From NCBI GenBank assembly GCA_951406725.2, contig OX597834.1, positions 22,754,001-22,818,000 on the forward strand: 64,000 bases of DNA, written 5' to 3'. The stretch's first letter is position 1, and each line of letters opens with the position of its first letter. The DNA comes from Octopus vulgaris (taxonomy: Eukaryota). Positions 58,613 to 64,000 of this stretch are shown piece by piece. A model generated the notes under the pieces. That model was not told the DNA's origin. It ran no database searches and saw nothing but the letters and a program-made list of their open reading frames with translations. The position numbers and the translations under genes were made by a program.

Positions 58613-59740
58613 TTCCAAGTTTTTATATGACGAATTATAGTTAGAAAGCATTTTATATGTAGACAACTCATACTGCTCACAACATGATTACTTGTGAAAT
58701 TTTAAATAAAATTCCATAATTTATTTAAAAGTATATATTTTTCGTGACCAGAAATTAAGATGAGATCCTATTCTAAATATTCATAACATAATTTTGAAAA
58801 AATAAGTTTATTATTTAGATGATATTGTCGTTTGTATTTGAGCAGGTAACACACGTCAGAGTTACGGTTGCAGCCATCAACAACCGTAAGCAACATATTG
58901 GAAAGTTTTGTTTGGATGTAAATAAAATTAAAATATTATTGCCAAATAATACAATATATATTGTAAATCGAATCATTATCGTAGTTGTATTTTGATTTTA
59001 GAGTTTTAATAATTAGATTAAATTATATAAGTTTGTTTTGCCGCGTTTTCGGCAGGTAGTTTAACTCGCATAATCTTTCTTTCAGTCAAGAAATTAATTG
59101 CTAACTGATTACTTAAGAAGACACATCAAAATATTAATTACAAGCTAATAAATTAATTATTGGACAATTTAATTAAGAATTCGATAACTTCGTGTTGCGA
59201 AGGTAAGAGGACTAGCAATATAAATACTGTTCTTTTTAATAAGTTAATCGAAATAAAATATTTACCACCAAAATATCATAATCTTAACTACAGTATGAAA
59301 CAGTATAAAACATCGAAAATATTAAAATACAAAAGTAAAGGAGAAAAGTTAAAACTTTATTGCATTAATTATTAACTTGACTCCTATTTGCTATTTATTA
59401 CAATAAAAGGTTCTTAAGATATAAATTATATTTTAAGACCGATTTTCTTGAAACTGTTGAAAACTTTTTGTCAATTTAACCTTTTCTCATTTATGGAGAA
59501 ATATAGCATTTTTACTATAATTATTAGCGAAAATATATTTTCAATATAGCTACAAACAAAAATATTTTAATTGTACATGAAAAATCCATCACAATAAAAG
59601 TTGTTTTTTTTTAATTAGTAATACTATGCTTATGAATTTATGTGTAGGAGTGCGTGCGTGTGTATGTATGTGTATGTATGTATGTATGTATGTATGTATG
59701 TATGTATGTATGTATGTATGTATGTATGCATGTATGTATG

Positions 59741-59942
59741 TACGAGAAGTGCTTTGAGTAAAAGAAAATACAGGAGGATCAGTTAATTATGGTTTTATTT
59801 AGCATATTCCCATCTCAGATTCGCACACGTATTGCAGCGATCTTTCAGTATTTTTAAGCTCTGTAAAAAACTCAGATGGTTGGGCTTCCAACCAGGCCTT
59901 TGGCGATACCCTTACACCAGGAATTTTCGACATCCCATCGTA
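59741..59942. mobile_element. Degenerate mariner-type non-autonomous element
   Basis: TACGAG.. start and ..ATCGTA end with TA termini; TIR match is poor. Confidence 0.4.
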
Positions 59943-60030
59943 TACATATGTGTGTGTGTGTGTATACATAGTTAAGTTTATCTACTATATATATACACAT
60001 ATATATATATAAATACATAATATATATATA

Positions 60031-60084
<54 letters not shown>

Positions 60085-60221
60085 TACATATGTATATATA
60101 AATATATACATATATATATATAAATATATACATATATATACATCTATACACATACACACACAAACATGTATATAAATACATAGTGAAAGTAATAGAAATA
60201 AAATTAATATATATATATTAT

Positions 60222-60620
60222 GGCAGGAGTGGCTGTGTGGTAAGAAGCTTGCTTACCAACCACATGGTTCCGGGTTCAGTCCCACTGCGTGGCGCCTTGG
60301 GCAAGTGTCTTCTTCTATAGCCTCGGGCCGACCGAAGCCTTGTGAGTGGATTTGGTAGACGGAAACTGAAAGAAGCCCGTCGTATATATGTATATATATA
60401 TATATGTATGTGCGTGTGTGTTTGTGTGTCTGTATTTGTCCCCCTAGCATTGCTTGACAACCGATGCTGGTGTGTTTATGTCCCCGTCACTTAGCGGTTC
60501 GGCAAAAGAGACCGATAGAATAAGTACTGGGCTTACAAAGACTAAGTCCCGGGATCGAGTTGCTCGACTAAAGGCGGTGCTCCAGCATGGCCGCCGGCAA
60601 ATGACTGAAACAAGTAAAAG
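60222..60620 (+). mobile_element. tRNA-type SINE family A, young full-length copy
   Basis: Near-consensus copy flanked by a ~100-bp direct duplication. Confidence 0.88.
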
Positions 60621-60743
60621 AATATATATAAATATATACATATATATATATACATCTATACACATACACACACAAACATGTATATAAATACATAGTGAAA
60701 GTAATAGAAATAAAATTAATATATAAATTTATATATATATTTA

Positions 60744-60822
<79 letters not shown>

Positions 60823-61228
60823 TACGTGAAAGTATTAATAGTGAAACCTATTAAAACTGAAAGTATTATCTTACGTTAAAATAGAGATAGTATTGTTTCA
60901 CTTTTGACGCGTAATACTGAAATAGCGTAAGAGATAATAGATTGCTCCGGACTCGCATTAGGCAAGAAGTTGAAAGTTTTTTTTAGCCCATGACACTGCA
61001 TGGACCCTAAGTAAGGCATATGTAAGATTTGAATGAAATCGGTTGGGTAGTTCTCGAGTTTTAGTGATGCACACAGACACAAATTCTCAGTTTTATATAT
61101 ATATTATATATAGAGATATAAATATATATATATATATATATATCACTCATTGGTAATGTCATGTACACAATGTGTATTTTTCATTATACACACACACACA
61201 CACACACATACACACACACACACACACG

Positions 61229-61266
<38 letters not shown>

Positions 61267-61269
<3 letters not shown>

Positions 61270-61640
61270 TGGGTCATCCCATAAACAATGCAGTCTTTTT
61301 AATACCTTTTTTATCTTTCAAAATTAAGATAAGCAAAGTTCTTTTCTAATCTAAAATATACTCTCCTTCATTTCTGCAATGCTCTTCCATCTATCTAGTA
61401 GACTTGCAAGGCTTCCCTTCCAAAATTCACTTGTCCGTGACGAAAATTACTTCTTCAGTACTGTTCTGACCTCATCTACAGAATTCATTATTTTTTCCGT
61501 CCAAATGATTTTGAAGACTGCGGAATAAATGATAATCAGATGGGGCAATGTCCGGCGAATATGGTGGGTGGGACATCATTTCCCATTCAAACTGCTCCAG
61601 CCTTTGGAATGACATCCTCGCTGTATGTGACCGAGCATTA
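61267..61640 (-). mobile_element. Mariner transposase remnant
   Basis: Minus strand HPPYSPDIAPSDYHLFRSLQNHL around 61500-61575; TA-flanked terminus at 61267. Confidence 0.85.
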
Positions 61641-61771
61641 GACTCGTACAGTTTGTGAGGTGTACATTGACCAAATTTGCTGACTTTTCCGATGGCATGC
61701 AGATGTCGATGAATGGTTAAATGACCAAATTCAAGCTTCTCTACAGGTTTCTGAACAGTTACAATAGGATT

Positions 61772-62396
61772 TTATTCCACCAGAGTCTGCAGGACGTCCT
61801 CGTCGAGCTCTACAAATCTATCCAGACTCTGTTTAAAGGTGATGGGATCCTTTTCCTCTTTGATCTCTTTCGGGCCCGTTGAGGAAAAGAAACTATGCTG
61901 CAGTGTGCCTATATGCTGTGATCCTGAATTGGGCAGGGGACGTATGGCCCGTGGTCCCAGTCTTGGATGAACCTTGAAACTAATGTTCAGGTCGTTTGGG
62001 CAAAGTTGGCGGCATGTCCTCCACACCGTACAAATGATGTACTGCTCGCGGTGGCGCTGGAGAGAGTAGAGTTTCAAGGCTTTAAGGCGGTCCCAATAAT
62101 CGAGAGCAGCCATGCCTTCAATTAGTTTAGTGAGTGCCCTCTGGGGTGATTCAATCCTCGAGATGTTTTGTCTTGTATGGGGAGACCACAGTGGGCAGCA
62201 GTATTTGGTTGTACAAAGGAGGAGAAAAGTGGTATGATGACACCTTGTTCTCTGGACCGGAAGGTTCTTAAGATCCAGGAACTCATCCTACGAGCCATAT
62301 CGACCTTATTGTTGATGTGGGCACTCCAACTGAGATTGTCATCAACAATTACGCCCAGGTCTCTGATATTGTTAGAGGCTGTGAGCGGTTCCCCTG
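61772..62396 (-). mobile_element. CR1-group LINE ORF2 fragment
   Basis: IRDLGVIVDDNLSWSAHI..ILRTF..LDYWDRLKALKLYSLQRHRE, frameshifted. Confidence 0.85.
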
Positions 62397-62530
62397 AATA
62401 AGTCCTGGGATCGATTTGTTCGACTAAAGGCGGTGCTCCAGCATGGCCGCAGTCAAATGACCGAAACAAGTAGAAGAGTAAAAATATAATTTTATAAAAA
62501 TATTTCCTTCAAACTTAAAAATTAGAGATA

Positions 62531-63049
62531 TCTATATATATAAAACTGTAGTTGTGTGAGTGTCTGTCTCCTACAATTTAGATTCCTAACTCCTCCCACA
62601 TTTTGCGGTGCAGTTTAACCAAATTCGGGTATCTTATAGTCGTGATTAATATCGAGCCCGTCTGGCTATTAGCGCGCGTCTACGATGAGTCTACGATTTT
62701 AAAAATAATTTAACATCATTTTTTTTATTCCATTTTAATGCATAATTTTTCGTGTGTCGATGGCGGCGGAGTTGGCGTCCACGCTCAAACACCTGCACCT
62801 GTGTTTGCTTCTCCCCCTTCTTCCCTCCCTCGTGAAGCTGTGGGGAAGGGAGTTTAAGGAAATCAACGTCGTAATGCGTTGTCAAGGAGACCAGCGTTCT
62901 TTTAGAACAACGACTTCATGGCTTGAAGACACCAAAACAGAAATGGCTAAGAAAGCCCGAATTGGCATCTATAAAGGAAGTAACTCTCTAAAAATGCTTA
63001 TATAGTTATTTCCCTTACAAACCCGAGCAACGCCGGGCGATACTGCTAG
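62531..63049 (+). mobile_element. Non-autonomous Helitron, same family
   Basis: A-TCTATATA start, CCCGAGCAACGCCGGG hairpin, CTAG-T end; ends match 45716-46111. Confidence 0.88.
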
Positions 63050-63667
63050 TCTTGAATAAATTAAAGAATATGAATCTTAAATATACGATCACACATGAAG
63101 TAAAAGTAACGTATTTTATTTTCAGTATTTTTCATTTTCTAACTTTAGAGCATGTGTCTTTACGTATGATGCTAGTCCCTACGGTGATCTTGCTGGCATT
63201 TGTACATATAGTGCCCACCCCTGCCAAATTTGTGTCTTCATAACTTTCCAAAAAATGCATATTTTATGATAAAAATTTCTACAAATATTTTTCAGATGGT
63301 GTAGATTACGATTATTTCGGAATTTAACGTGCAAAAAAAAAAAAAGATAGGAGGAAATAGGTGGGTGTGCTCACATACTAACATATCTCGGAATTTTTTC
63401 GAAGTTTTAAATTTCCTTTTGTAAATGTATATATATGATGTAAACCAGTTTGTATGTCCGCGCACCCAGCAGTCATTGTTTTTCATGCGTAATTTTGATA
63501 TGATCCCAATCGACATCAACTGAAAGGTATTTGTAAAAGAAAAAATTCATGAACAAATCCCAGTTTCTCTGAAAGTTATGAGGAAACAAAATGAAGAACA
63601 TTACCAAAGTCCCTACCCTGTATGCATCACACATAGCCAATCACTAAAACAAGTAGAAGATAAAAGA

Positions 63668-63681
63668 TATCTATCTAGTTC

Positions 63682-63748
<67 letters not shown>

Positions 63749-63918
63749 GCCAGCTATTTTTATATCTATCTATCTACTTATGTCTGTCTGTCTATCTATC
63801 TGTCTGTCTGTCTATCTATCTACCTGTCTGTCTTTCTATTTGCATGTCTGTCTGTCTGTCTACTTACCTATCTGCCTGTGTCTCTGTATGTCTATCTATC
63901 TGTCTTTCTATCTGCATG

Positions 63919-63984
<66 letters not shown>
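63668..63984. repeat. (ATCT)/(GTCT) microsatellite
   Basis: direct reading. Confidence 0.95.
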
Positions 63985-64000
63985 GTCATCATCATTTAAT

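Noticed and set aside
60222-60295. tRNA-like A/B boxes as a tRNA gene
   Set aside because: Head of a multi-copy SINE; no cloverleaf or terminator.

Overview
AT-rich, microsatellite- and SINE-dense animal genomic DNA; the repeat landscape is most consistent with an octopus or other coleoid cephalopod (inference, not searched). The first 39 kb hold a complete 26-exon P5A-type ATPase gene (ATP13A1 orthologue, + strand, CDS 205..38129, 1164 aa by hand-splicing, all GT-AG with consistent phases). A solitary intronless histone H1 gene with TATA box, H1 boxes and 3' stem-loop lies on the - strand at 57792..58325. The rest is tRNA-type SINEs, RTE and CR1-group LINE fragments, a Gypsy remnant, Helitrons, Merlin/hAT-like MITEs and a mariner remnant. 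Most notable: (1) a 357-bp, 1.27-copy, highly structured unit in intron 4 carrying a type I hammerhead ribozyme motif (retrozyme-like); (2) a 201-bp ~98% identical inverted pair bracketing exons 4-9 (circRNA/dsRNA geometry); (3) conserved-motif deviations in exon 8 that A-to-I editing could partly restore; (4) an RTE-like LINE whose 3' UTR carries a variable-number ~61-bp hairpin repeat array; (5) a candidate 66-nt in-frame cassette exon. All alignments and folds were done by eye; repeat boundaries are approximate.
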